From the NCBI GenBank assembly GCA_030698495.1, contig JAUYKA010000017.1:1319-65318 (forward strand): a stretch of 64,000 nt of DNA, given 5' to 3'. A model generated the notes under the pieces. That model saw only the letters and a list, made by a program, of their open reading frames with translations, was not told the origin of the DNA and did not search any database. The position numbers were made by a program, and so were the translations under genes. Source of the DNA: a bacterium. Lineage in GTDB: Bacteria; Patescibacteriota; Andersenbacteria; UBA10190. Position 1 is the stretch's first letter, and each line of letters opens with the position of its first letter. Below, one piece after another: positions 25,356 through 35,257 of the stretch.

Positions 25356-28300
25356 CTAAATACTATTCCGGCAATACTCGCAATCCCGCTTCCCGCAAAA
25401 CGGCCGCTCCTTGCCGGTAACAAAATTCAAGTTTTGTATTTCCTGCCACACTTGTTTTATTATCTCCCGCAGTTCCTCTATCTCCTCCGCGCTAACCGTA
25501 ATCTTTTTCTTATACAATTTCCCCTTGTCGTCCGGCTGCAAAAAATCTATCTCCCCACTCACCATCTCATAATTAAACTTCTGCGACTCATCGCCTAACA
25601 GCTTGTAAAACACAATTTGCCGACGATAGTCTTTGCCTTCTTTTAGCTTGGCCAGTCCCTTCTTGGGATTCCCGGTCTTATAATCCACCACATTGACTTC
25701 CCTGGCATCCAACAACTCAATTTTATCCAGTTTGCCCGTAATCGGCACGCCGTCCACATTAACCCGGTGACTTCTGAAATCATATTCCACCAGTACTTCT
25801 TTCTTGAGCGAACTTCCGTTTTGCGCCAAATAGTCTGCCAATATCTTCCGCCCCGTCTCTTGCGCATCTTTTAAATCAACCGTCGTCAGTAATTCCTTGG
25901 ACAAACGCCAATCAAAAAATTTCTCTATCTCATCCGCCGCCGGCAAAACATTAGTTTCCTGCCAGTGCCAATACATTTTCGCCAGCGCATAATGCACCGC
26001 CGTTCCCATCGCCTGATACACCGTTCTTACGTCCGGCACCCGTAAAATATTCTTCACGTAAAACTTCCGCGGACACTCCAAATAATTATTCAAATGTGTC
26101 ACACTCATGGCATAACTTGCTAAAACACTCTTAAGCCACGCCTCAAGCTCCCCGGACAAGGCTCTAACCGGCCGCAGCCTGTTGCTATCCGTTTGACTCG
26201 CCGCCACCATCGTCTCATCCTTGCTGTCCAATAGCTGCTCCGGTATCTCATTCAAAAATATCGAGGGCACCGTTTCCCGCCCACTCATGGAGTGAACAGC
26301 GCGCGTCAGTCTTACTCCCTGTTTGGCGCGCGTCAACGCCACATAAAAAAGCCGCCGCTCATCTTCATTGCGCTCTTGTCCCGCCACATAGTCGTACTTA
26401 ACCAAACCGTGCGGCAGCTTCACGCGACTGCGTCCGCTCAAATTTCCCCAATGCTTGTCGTTTAGGCGACTTACAAACACATATTCAAACTCCATTCCCT
26501 TCGCCTTATGTGCTGTCATCAGCCGCACTGCCCCGCCATCGCTGCGCCAAGCCTCCACCATCAAAGGCAGTTTATGCTGCTGTAAATTGCGCAAGCGTTC
26601 CACAAACTCGCGCCCGCCCGCCTCACGATTTGTTGCACTCAAAGACTTAGCCTCACCCAACAGCCTAACCATCTTATGCAGAGAACCGTCCTCGCTTCCG
26701 CTAAAAGCGTGCGCCAACCAGCCGGACTCATCCAGCACCGTCACCAGCCAATGCGGCAATATTTCCCCCGTACCGCTGCGCCGCCACGCGGCCAAACGTC
26801 CGGCAAACTCTCCCACGGCTTTTGTATCCCTTACCCCCAGCTTCTCCAGACTATTCTTATCGACTAACAAGCCCAACAAGTCCTCGTGTTCCAATGCCGC
26901 TCCTCTGATTATTTTCAAAGCGTCCAAATCGTTCACCCCCAGCCACGCAAACTGCAACGCCGCCGCCAGCAAATCATCACGCTCGGGATAGGCCAGCAGT
27001 TCAATCAGCTGCACCAACTGATTAACTAGCCTGTCCGCCAAAACTTCCTCGCCTTCCTCCAGCCTGGCCGGTACGTCCATTCTCCGCAGCGCCTCCCACA
27101 ACGACCGGCCATCCTGCCTTTGGCGAAACAGTATGGCAATCTCTTCCGGCGCCGTGCCGTCCGCCAACAACTTCTTTACTTGCCCGGCCGTATATACATC
27201 CTCGTCCTCTTCCGTATTAAACTTGCACACCACCAACTGCTCCCTTGCCCGCCCGGCCGCCGGCACAAGCTGTCCGCCGGTACCGTTTATATACTTCCCA
27301 ATCTGTTCCTGATTGTTTTGTATTACACCCGCTGCCGCTTGCAACACCGTTTCCTGACTGCGATAGTTATTCTCCAACGTCACCACTTTTACATGCTCAC
27401 GATATTTCTGATAAAACTCCAGCATGTTATTTAGCGATGCTCCCTGAAAACGATAAATGGACTGCTTGTCGTCTCCTACCACAAAGATATTTGGCTGCTC
27501 GTCAAAACTACCCAGCATAGCCACCACTTCATTTTGCGCCCCGTTGGTATCCTGATATTCGTCAACTAGAATATATTGGAACTGCTCCTGATATTCCGCC
27601 AAAAGCTCGTCATTGTTTTTAAACTCGTCCACTACCAGAGCAATCATATCCGCGTAGTCGTAACGCCCCCGCTTTTCCAGCTCTTTAATATAAGAGCGGT
27701 AAAGCCGCTGCATTTCCATCTGCTTCGGCAAATTTTTCTCCACCGCCAGCCACCATTTTTTCAAGTCGTTTTTGTAAGCTGTCACCGCTTTCCCCGCCGA
27801 TCGCTTATTCTCCGCCGCTTGGCTTTTCTCTTCCAGCGCAACATGCATATCATCGAGTATTTTTAACCAAGCCTGCGGCACCTCTTCTTCCCTCACTTTC
27901 TCCTGCAAAAAAATATTTATCTGCTCACAATGCTGCCAAGTTCTTGATGACGGCACCATATCAAAAAAACTATCTGCCTTTTCTTTTGTTTTTTTCACAA
28001 ACCCCTCAATCTTACGCAAAACCCCCGCCAGCTCCGCCGGCGAAATATCTTCTTGTTTCAAGTCCTGTATGTTTTTAGCAATATCGCCCAAAAAAGTATA
28101 CGGATATCCCAAAGGTTTTAAAGGGTTGCTTACTGACAGCCCGTCCAGAAGAGATTGCATAATATCCAGCCGCTCTATGTCGGTCAACATTTGCCAATCA
28201 CCGCCGGCAGCAAACAACTCCGGATGATCGCGGATAACATCATTGCAAAACGAATGAAAAGTATGCACCCGCACGTAATAACCGGCCGTACCCATAATTT

Positions 28301-28577
28301 TCAGCAGTCTCTTGCGCATCGACGCCACGCCCGAATCCGTAAACGTCAAACACAAAATATTGCTCGGCGACATTTGTGTCTCCTGCAAAATTTTGGCAAT
28401 ACGCACCGCCAGCACCTGCGTTTTGCCCGTTCCCGGTCCGGCCAGCACCATCACCGGACCATCTATCGTATCAACCGCCTCGCGCTGCCGCTCGTTTAAT
28501 TGCCCGTATGCGGCCGCAAAATAATCCCGAGCCTTTTGCCGTTCGGCCGCTACAGCTATTTTAGCTTTCATCTTCAT
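25356..28577 (-). CDS. UvrD/PcrA-like SF1 helicase fused to a C-terminal PD-(D/E)xK nuclease (AddA/AdnB-like)
   Basis: AGPGTGKT, VDEYQDTN, VGDDKQSIYRFQGA, NYRS, TAHKAKGMEF, EDERRLFYVALTRAK; GKLDKI..VVDYKTG; Cys residues for a possible Fe-S site. Confidence 0.92.
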   Translation of the reverse strand: MKMKAKIAVAAERQKARDYFAAAYGQLNERQREAVDTIDGPVMVLAGPGTGKTQVLAVRIAKILQETQMSPSNILCLTFTDSGVASMRKRLLKIMGTAGYYVRVHTFHSFCNDVIRDHPELFAAGGDWQMLTDIERLDIMQSLLDGLSVSNPLKPLGYPYTFLGDIAKNIQDLKQEDISPAELAGVLRKIEGFVKKTKEKADSFFDMVPSSRTWQHCEQINIFLQEKVREEEVPQAWLKILDDMHVALEEKSQAAENKRSAGKAVTAYKNDLKKWWLAVEKNLPKQMEMQRLYRSYIKELEKRGRYDYADMIALVVDEFKNNDELLAEYQEQFQYILVDEYQDTNGAQNEVVAMLGSFDEQPNIFVVGDDKQSIYRFQGASLNNMLEFYQKYREHVKVVTLENNYRSQETVLQAAAGVIQNNQEQIGKYINGTGGQLVPAAGRAREQLVVCKFNTEEDEDVYTAGQVKKLLADGTAPEEIAILFRQRQDGRSLWEALRRMDVPARLEEGEEVLADRLVNQLVQLIELLAYPERDDLLAAALQFAWLGVNDLDALKIIRGAALEHEDLLGLLVDKNSLEKLGVRDTKAVGEFAGRLAAWRRSGTGEILPHWLVTVLDESGWLAHAFSGSEDGSLHKMVRLLGEAKSLSATNREAGGREFVERLRNLQQHKLPLMVEAWRSDGGAVRLMTAHKAKGMEFEYVFVSRLNDKHWGNLSGRSRVKLPHGLVKYDYVAGQERNEDERRLFYVALTRAKQGVRLTRAVHSMSGRETVPSIFLNEIPEQLLDSKDETMVAASQTDSNRLRPVRALSGELEAWLKSVLASYAMSVTHLNNYLECPRKFYVKNILRVPDVRTVYQAMGTAVHYALAKMYWHWQETNVLPAADEIEKFFDWRLSKELLTTVDLKDAQETGRKILADYLAQNGSSLKKEVLVEYDFRSHRVNVDGVPITGKLDKIELLDAREVNVVDYKTGNPKKGLAKLKEGKDYRRQIVFYKLLGDESQKFNYEMVSGEIDFLQPDDKGKLYKKKITVSAEEIEELREIIKQVWQEIQNLNFVTGKERPFCGKRDCEYCRNSI

Positions 28578-28608
28578 CTATTTAGAATCAGCAAATTATC
28601 AATAACAA

Positions 28609-29385
28609 TCAAGTTGAATTCACCGCCGGTTTTCTAAACCACAGCCATACTCCCGCCAAAATTACCGGCAAGCTGTAAAACTGTCCGCGCGTCAGACCCA
28701 AAATATAACTCCATTCCTGATAACGCCAATATTCCAACCCAAAACGCTGCGCCCCGTAAGTCAGTAAAAACACTGCTGCTACTTGTCCCGGACGTAAATT
28801 CTTCCGACTAAACAGCCAATAACAAATCAACGCGATTACAATATTAGCCAGAGCCGCATAAATCTGCACCGGATGATGAAAAAAATTATCAAAAGGCACC
28901 CGCACTCCCCACGGCAGAACAGTCACCGTCCCGTACAACTCCTGATTTAAAAAATTCCCCAACCGCCCCAGCGCCAGACCCAACGCCGCCGGAATAACAA
29001 CCACATCCAGTAAAGACCAAAAATTTATTCGCAAAGCATTCGCCGCCAGCCATAAACCAATTCCGGCGCCGATCAGCCCACCGTGCGCCGCCATCCCACC
29101 GTGCCACAGGGCTAAAATTTCCGCCGGACGCGCCGCAAAATACAACCAGTTATACAAAAAAACATACCCCAACCGCCCGCCGATAAGCACCCCAGCCGCC
29201 GTCCAGGCCAGCACTTGGGTCAACTGCTCGCCGTTTAAATTAAAACCCCGCCGTCGTGCCAGCTTTGGCAACAACCGCCACGCTAAAATAAACGCCGCCA
29301 CGTAAAACACGCCGTACCAGCGCACCGGCCAACCCCACAAATCAACCGCCACCGCTCTTTCCGGAAAAAAGTTTATCATAATCAT
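28609..29385 (-). CDS. lgt: Prolipoprotein diacylglyceryl transferase
   Basis: VRWYG, GGRLGYV, WHGGMAAHGG, GRLGNFLNQELYG, HPVQIY. Confidence 0.93.
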   Translation of the reverse strand: MIMINFFPERAVAVDLWGWPVRWYGVFYVAAFILAWRLLPKLARRRGFNLNGEQLTQVLAWTAAGVLIGGRLGYVFLYNWLYFAARPAEILALWHGGMAAHGGLIGAGIGLWLAANALRINFWSLLDVVVIPAALGLALGRLGNFLNQELYGTVTVLPWGVRVPFDNFFHHPVQIYAALANIVIALICYWLFSRKNLRPGQVAAVFLLTYGAQRFGLEYWRYQEWSYILGLTRGQFYSLPVILAGVWLWFRKPAVNST

Positions 29386-29471
29386 AGTGTACTCTTGAAC
29401 CCGCGCCATAAAAAAGCGGGAGTAGGTTGTTGACCCGCTCCCGCAAGAACATATCCCAATCACCGGTTCGG

Positions 29472-29984
29472 TTAAGCCCTCTGTCTGATCCCTCTGCTGC
29501 GTGCCGGTAGAGGCAACCTACGACGACAGGGTTTCTGTCGGCGGTCTCTCCTCTTCCTGGATCTCACCGTCGGGCCGTTTTGCTTCCGGCTGCTTCCGTT
29601 CCCGTTGGTGTCCTCTCCAAAACGACCGTTGACCTCACTCTTGTCGTGGGCATCAATCAGTCTCCGGAAAAAAATCCGCAATCCGGCAGACGGAGTTCGA
29701 CAGCCTTCTTCGACCAAGCCAATATCCATCGACAACAGCTCGGGCAAGCTCTTGGACAACACCAACCGATACGACAACGGCGAACGCGGATTTGCCTCCG
29801 TCAACCGCACCGCGCTGATCACCGTATCTCTGCCGGCGAACACCCGTCCCGTCACCGCGCAAGCCGTCTGACGCAACGTTGCCGTCACGTCTCCCGGCTT
29901 AACCCGTAGCAAACTGGCAACGCGCCTGGCAAGATTGTAGCGCCGATACCCCGGCCTCATCGTGTCCTTGGCCGCACGCAACAT
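29472..29984 (-). CDS. Hypothetical protein with an Arg-rich C-terminus
   Basis: AAGGAG RBS before ATG; no recognisable family. Confidence 0.5.
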   Translation of the reverse strand: MLRAAKDTMRPGYRRYNLARRVASLLRVKPGDVTATLRQTACAVTGRVFAGRDTVISAVRLTEANPRSPLSYRLVLSKSLPELLSMDIGLVEEGCRTPSAGLRIFFRRLIDAHDKSEVNGRFGEDTNGNGSSRKQNGPTVRSRKRRDRRQKPCRRRLPLPARSRGIRQRA

Positions 29985-30065
29985 AAGTCTTCTCCTTACT
30001 TGGTGTGCTCGAAGCGCGAAATCAAGAGTTGCCTCTTCTCTCCTCCGGCCCCGCTACCAAATAAA

Positions 30066-30434
30066 CTACCGCGACGCTCCGGCCGCTCTGCGATGTCGCC
30101 TCCTTCTCTTCGGCGCCGGTTTGATGCGCGTGCTCGTGCCCGGCACAACGAGAACGAACAGCTTCGAATCGGCCAAACCCAGCACCTCCGCCACGGTTTG
30201 CGCCGTCGGCTCGACAGAGACATAACCGTTTGCGCACCGAGCGTGCACAATCGTATCGCCGTCATCTGTGCTTACCACCGCCGCGTCCTCAAACGGCGCG
30301 ATGTGGCAATTGCAAGCCCCGCACGCAACGGCAGCCAGAACACGGTCAACCCGCTCCTGTGCCGCTACACCCTGTAACAGCGCCGCCGGGCGAAAAAAAC
30401 TTCGCGCCGCCGGCTTTGTGTCTGTCGACAACAT
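30066..30434 (-). CDS. Hypothetical protein, CxxC..HxxC putative Zn finger with an Arg-rich tail
   Basis: AAAGGAG RBS; CGAC...HARC; KRRRRHRR. Confidence 0.55.
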   Translation of the reverse strand: MLSTDTKPAARSFFRPAALLQGVAAQERVDRVLAAVACGACNCHIAPFEDAAVVSTDDGDTIVHARCANGYVSVEPTAQTVAEVLGLADSKLFVLVVPGTSTRIKPAPKRRRRHRRAAGASR

Positions 30435-30616
30435 CGGCTACTCCTTTTTCATCCCGGGTTTCCACTGACAAGAACTTACAGCGAGACAACCGGCGTTACT
30501 CCTTTCTAGTCGCCGGCAACAGAGAATAATCATTGAAAAGTACCAACACGTTGGCACCGACCAACTATCTTACTTTATCTTATTTCCTCACAATGTCAAC
30601 AATCATTGACAAAATT

Positions 30617-31711
30617 CTAACTTCTTTCCAGATGAACGGTCTGCGTTGGGTAAGCAAAAGCGATATTTTCCGCTTCAAAAATCTCCTTAATCCGCAAATT
30701 CATCGCCTGCTGTGCGTCCATAAACAACTCATAGTCGCTGTCCACCACATGATACACAATTTCAAATACCAGCGCCTTGTCGCCGAAAGCCTTGAAATGT
30801 GCCCGGTCAAACCGCAAGTGGTCGATTCCGGAAATAATATCTTTCAGTATCACCGGGACTTTCTTTAGTTTGTCCGTCGGCGTTTCGTAAACCACCCCCA
30901 GCGCAAACGAAACACGCCTTTCCTCCATCCGCTTGTAATTTTTCACCCTGGCTGAAGTAAGCTCTCTGTTAGTCAACACTACCTCCTCGCCCGAAAGTGC
31001 TTTTAGCCGAGTAGTCTTAATGCCAATATGCTTAACTGTTCCCTTGATATCGCCGACAATAATAAAATCACCCACCATAAACGGCTTATCAAAATAAATC
31101 GCTAACGAGCTAAACAAATCTCCCAGAATATTTTGCGCCGCCAGCGCCACCGCTATACCGCCGATGCCCAGACTGGCAATTAAAGAAGAAATATTTACGC
31201 CCAAATTAGACAGCACAAACAAGCTTCCCACCGACCACAATACAATTCGTCCAATCGTGTTCACAATCCCCAGCGCTGACTCCGTATTTTTCACTCCCCG
31301 CCCTTCCCGCGCCTCTCCCTCCGGCACCGACCGCCGCAACTTCTTACGCACCACATAGTCAAGCAGTATTTGCAACGACATCACTACCTGATAAGCCAAT
31401 ACAACTACCATCACCCCGTTGACAATCTTTTCAGCTAAGTCGCCCAACGCTAAACGCTGCAGCGCTAAATAAACCGCCACCAGAAAGAAAACCGGCGGCT
31501 TGATATGGCTGACTACCGCTATCAGCGTATCGTCAATATCCGTTTTAGTACGCTGCGCCAGCCACCCCAGACGCGACAAAATCGCCTTTTGTAGCAGCCA
31601 GAAAATAATCCACAACAGCCCAAAATATATCAGCGATTCCGCGTACGCCTGGCCACTGTTTCCCCACCAACTTATCTGCCAAACAGGCAAGCTAAACAAA
31701 ACATTCAACAT
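30617..31711 (-). CDS. MscS family mechanosensitive channel
   Basis: LGIGGIAVALAAQ..GD; DKPFMVGDFI; IGIKTTR; FAYPTQT. Confidence 0.92.
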   Translation of the reverse strand: MLNVLFSLPVWQISWWGNSGQAYAESLIYFGLLWIIFWLLQKAILSRLGWLAQRTKTDIDDTLIAVVSHIKPPVFFLVAVYLALQRLALGDLAEKIVNGVMVVVLAYQVVMSLQILLDYVVRKKLRRSVPEGEAREGRGVKNTESALGIVNTIGRIVLWSVGSLFVLSNLGVNISSLIASLGIGGIAVALAAQNILGDLFSSLAIYFDKPFMVGDFIIVGDIKGTVKHIGIKTTRLKALSGEEVVLTNRELTSARVKNYKRMEERRVSFALGVVYETPTDKLKKVPVILKDIISGIDHLRFDRAHFKAFGDKALVFEIVYHVVDSDYELFMDAQQAMNLRIKEIFEAENIAFAYPTQTVHLERS

Positions 31712-31763
31712 CGCCTTCTATATTAACAAAATATCCTGGCTCACGCGACTTTTAAACATGCTC

Positions 31764-34073
31764 TCAACCCAAACTTTTTCTTCTTAACAACATCGCGTTA
31801 ACAGCCACAATCACTGTGCTAGCCGACATAAAAGCAGCCGATACTGCCGGATTTAAAACAATACCCCACGCCACCGCCACCCCCGCCGCCAGCGGCAATG
31901 CCACCACGTTATATCCGGTCGCCCAAAATATATTTTGAATCATCTTGGTATAAGTTAGCCTGGAAAGTCGGATAATCTTGGGAATATCTCGTGGGTCATT
32001 TTTAACCAGCACAATGCCGGCCGATTCAATAGCCACGTTCGTACCGGCGCCGATGGCAATACCAACATCGGCTTGCGTTAAGGCCGGGGCATCATTGATA
32101 CCATCACCCACCATCGCTACTTTTTTTCCCTGTTGTTGTAATGCTTTGACTTTGTCAACCTTGTGCTCCGGCAGAACTTCCGAGAAGTGCTCGTCAATAC
32201 CCAGCTCGCTCGAGACCCATTTTGCCACTGCTTCAGAGTCTCCGGTGATCATCGCAACCCGCACGTTTTGCTGTTTGAGCTGTTGGATAGCCTCGCGAGA
32301 CTCCTCGCGAATAATATCGCCAAGAGTAATAACGCCAACTAGCTCATTCTCCTGAACAACGTAAATGATGGTCTTACCGGCATTGTTTTCCGCTTCGATC
32401 TGCCGCCGGTTTTCAGTTGAGAGAGACAATCTTAATTCATCCCCAAGCGCTTGCCCTCCTACTTTGACCGTCTTACCAGCGACCACACCACTAGCACCTT
32501 TACCCGGCAGCCGCTTAAATTCGCTAATTGCGACAAGATCAAGATTGTCTTCGCGTGCTTTCTCAACAATAGCCCGCGAAACCGAGTGCTCCGACTTAAT
32601 ATCAACCGATGCGGCTAATCGTAAAACTTCTTTCTTATCAACAGGATCAACTGCCAAAATATTCGTTACACCATATTTCCCTTTTGTTAATGTTCCTGTT
32701 TTATCAAACAAAACTACGTCAACATTACGCGCTGCTTCCAGGGCTAACCGTTGCCGAACCAGAAATCCATTCTTAGCCGCCATTGTTGTTGAAATTGAAG
32801 CAACCAGTGGAATTGCCAACCCGAGGGCATGGGGACACGCAATAACTAAAACCGCCACCATACGAGTAAACCCAAAGTCGGCTCCGCGCAACGGCAACCA
32901 AATAAATAGTGTCAACAGTCCCGTTAACACGGCGATAATGGTAAGATAAAACGCTGCTTTATCGGATAATAATTGCAGCTTCGATTTACTGGCCTGGGCT
33001 TCTTGCACTAAACGCATTACGCCGGCCAAGAAAGTATCATCGCCGATTCTAGTAACTTTTACCCGTAATGATCCATCGCCGTTAATCGTCCCAGCTATAA
33101 CAGTATCACCAGTCTTTTTCGCTACCGGCTTTGATTCTCCGGTAGCCAACGCTTCGTCAATAGCCGATTCACCCTCAATAATCTCACCGTCGGCGGCCAC
33201 TTTGCCGCCGGGACGAATAACAATAACATCGCCTAACTTTAGTTGCTCAAGCGCGACCGTTTCGGTTCCGCCGTTTTTTTCCACTTCCGCCGTATCTGGC
33301 AACAATTTGGATAATTCCTGTAACGCTCCTTGCGCCCCTTTAACCGCACGCATTTCCAGCCAATGCCCCAACAGCATCACCACAATTAATGTTGCCAGTT
33401 CCCAAAATAGAGTTTCCGATCGACCAAGTAATACTTGAAATACACTGTAGACATAAGCCGCGATTATCGCCAACGATATGAGTGTCATCATCCCAGGCGC
33501 CTTTCCTTTTAACTCACGCCAAGAACTGATCAAAAATATCCAACCGCCATAGAAAAACACAATCGATCCCAAAAGCGGCACAATCAAACCAGAACCCGGA
33601 AACACCGGCAGCGCCCAACCCAAGAATAATTGCGGTAAAGGCGAATACAGCACAATCGGTACTGTCAGCGCCAAACTCACCCAAAACTTACGCGCAAAAA
33701 CATTTGTACTGTGCCCCGCGTGTTTGTCATGCGTCATCGTACCCTTACTACTTACTACTTGCTTCTTGCTACTCACTAACGCCATTCCACACTCCGGACA
33801 AATTCCCGGCGCATCCCGCACTACTTCCGGATGCATCGGACAAGTATATTGCCAGCCGCTCACCGTTTCGTACCCCTCGTGACCACCGTGCACCGCGGTT
33901 TCCTTGCTACTAGCTACTTTCTGCTTACTACTAATTAACTCCATCCCGCATTCCGGGCACATTCCCGGCCAATCTTGTTTCACTTCCGGATGCATTGGAC
34001 ATGAAAAAACCGGCGCCGTGCTGTTACTGGCGCAGCAGTTGTGCTTTTTGTATTGCCGGTTATTTGGTGTCAT
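31764..34073 (-). CDS. Copper-translocating P1B ATPase (CPH motif, CopB-type) with two CPMHP metal-binding domains
   Basis: Two CPMHP..CPECGM domains; TGES; IACPHALGLA; DKTGTLT; GDGINDAP. Confidence 0.93.
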   Translation of the reverse strand: MTPNNRQYKKHNCCASNSTAPVFSCPMHPEVKQDWPGMCPECGMELISSKQKVASSKETAVHGGHEGYETVSGWQYTCPMHPEVVRDAPGICPECGMALVSSKKQVVSSKGTMTHDKHAGHSTNVFARKFWVSLALTVPIVLYSPLPQLFLGWALPVFPGSGLIVPLLGSIVFFYGGWIFLISSWRELKGKAPGMMTLISLAIIAAYVYSVFQVLLGRSETLFWELATLIVVMLLGHWLEMRAVKGAQGALQELSKLLPDTAEVEKNGGTETVALEQLKLGDVIVIRPGGKVAADGEIIEGESAIDEALATGESKPVAKKTGDTVIAGTINGDGSLRVKVTRIGDDTFLAGVMRLVQEAQASKSKLQLLSDKAAFYLTIIAVLTGLLTLFIWLPLRGADFGFTRMVAVLVIACPHALGLAIPLVASISTTMAAKNGFLVRQRLALEAARNVDVVLFDKTGTLTKGKYGVTNILAVDPVDKKEVLRLAASVDIKSEHSVSRAIVEKAREDNLDLVAISEFKRLPGKGASGVVAGKTVKVGGQALGDELRLSLSTENRRQIEAENNAGKTIIYVVQENELVGVITLGDIIREESREAIQQLKQQNVRVAMITGDSEAVAKWVSSELGIDEHFSEVLPEHKVDKVKALQQQGKKVAMVGDGINDAPALTQADVGIAIGAGTNVAIESAGIVLVKNDPRDIPKIIRLSRLTYTKMIQNIFWATGYNVVALPLAAGVAVAWGIVLNPAVSAAFMSASTVIVAVNAMLLRRKSLG

Positions 34074-34079
34074 AAACAA

Positions 34080-34931
34080 TTATTCTTCTCTAAACGTCTT
34101 CCTTACTACCCAATATACCAAATATATCAGCACCACCGCGCCAAAGAAGTTAATCAATGGCACACTATCTGTGAAACGGGTTACTTGCACGGCTGTGCTG
34201 TTAATCGCGCGCATGGTCGGGCTGTCAGTGCTCGGCATCGACAATTTGCCCGCCGCGGTCAAAATCAAAGTTAAAGCGCCCATGAATAAAAAAATTGCCG
34301 CCGCGATAATATTAGTAACACTGATAGAATATTCCCGTCCGCCCAGCCGCAATGTCTTTATCTGTCGCAGCATCCACGGTTGATTTAAAATATTTCCCCG
34401 CCTGACCAATAACGCCGCCGCGTACAGCGGCGCCACCATTCCCAATACATACACCGCTCCTACCCCTAGCGCTTGCAGCATCGTCGGTGACAACGAACTA
34501 AGCGTCAGCACCCCCACCAGCACCGGCGCGCAACAAGCCGATGTTACCCCGGAAATTAGACCCAAAACAAAAGTCGAGGGAATATCCGCCCGGTTAAACA
34601 ACTTCCCCGTCCGCGGATGCCACATCGGCAGCTTAACACCCAACAATGCCAGTCCCGCCACCATAATCATAAAAACCCCGCCGACGTAATAAGTCACGTC
34701 ATGCCAACGAAAAAAGAAACCGGCCAGCGCCCGAGCGCCCAACACTATCGGCAACATCACCACGAATATCCCCAGAGAATAAACCAGTGTCATCAACAAC
34801 ACTTTTTTCTTCTCTTTAAATACGTTACCCAAATAAGCCGGCAGTAAAAAAGTTATACAGCACGGCGCGAATAATGCCACCATACCCGCCACAAAAGCGG
34901 CTACCAGAGAAACTTGATATAAAGCTTCCAT
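34080..34931 (-). CDS. CcdA/DsbD-type transmembrane thiol-disulfide protein
   Basis: AFVAGMVALFAPCC..LLPAY; SACCAPVL. Confidence 0.8.
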   Translation of the reverse strand: MEALYQVSLVAAFVAGMVALFAPCCITFLLPAYLGNVFKEKKKVLLMTLVYSLGIFVVMLPIVLGARALAGFFFRWHDVTYYVGGVFMIMVAGLALLGVKLPMWHPRTGKLFNRADIPSTFVLGLISGVTSACCAPVLVGVLTLSSLSPTMLQALGVGAVYVLGMVAPLYAAALLVRRGNILNQPWMLRQIKTLRLGGREYSISVTNIIAAAIFLFMGALTLILTAAGKLSMPSTDSPTMRAINSTAVQVTRFTDSVPLINFFGAVVLIYLVYWVVRKTFREE

Positions 34932-34936
34932 TATAA

Positions 34937-35206
34937 CTATTTCTTTTTATCCATCTGCCCCCACGACCAACCGAATATCCAACCGGTCACCCAAGCCGAA
35001 ACTACCAAAGTAATACCACCCAGTAGAAAATTTCCGCTCGTCATGCCCCAGCCGCCCATCATACCCACATTCATACCATGCATCCACCACCGGGTAGTCG
35101 ATAAAGTAAAGATCGGAAACACCAACACCAGCGCCGCGCAGATTAACCACACAATACCCACCGTTAAAGCAAAAGTATTGGCCATAGTTATTTTATCCGT
35201 TTTCAT
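34937..35206 (-). CDS. Small two-TM membrane protein (DUF5676-like)
   Basis: AAGGAGGTG RBS; IC motif and WMHG; lies in the copper operon. Confidence 0.65.
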   Translation of the reverse strand: MKTDKITMANTFALTVGIVWLICAALVLVFPIFTLSTTRWWMHGMNVGMMGGWGMTSGNFLLGGITLVVSAWVTGWIFGWSWGQMDKKK

Positions 35207-35257
35207 ACTTTTCACCTCCTTCTTGTCCATTGATAATAACAAAGATTCTCAAAAAAA

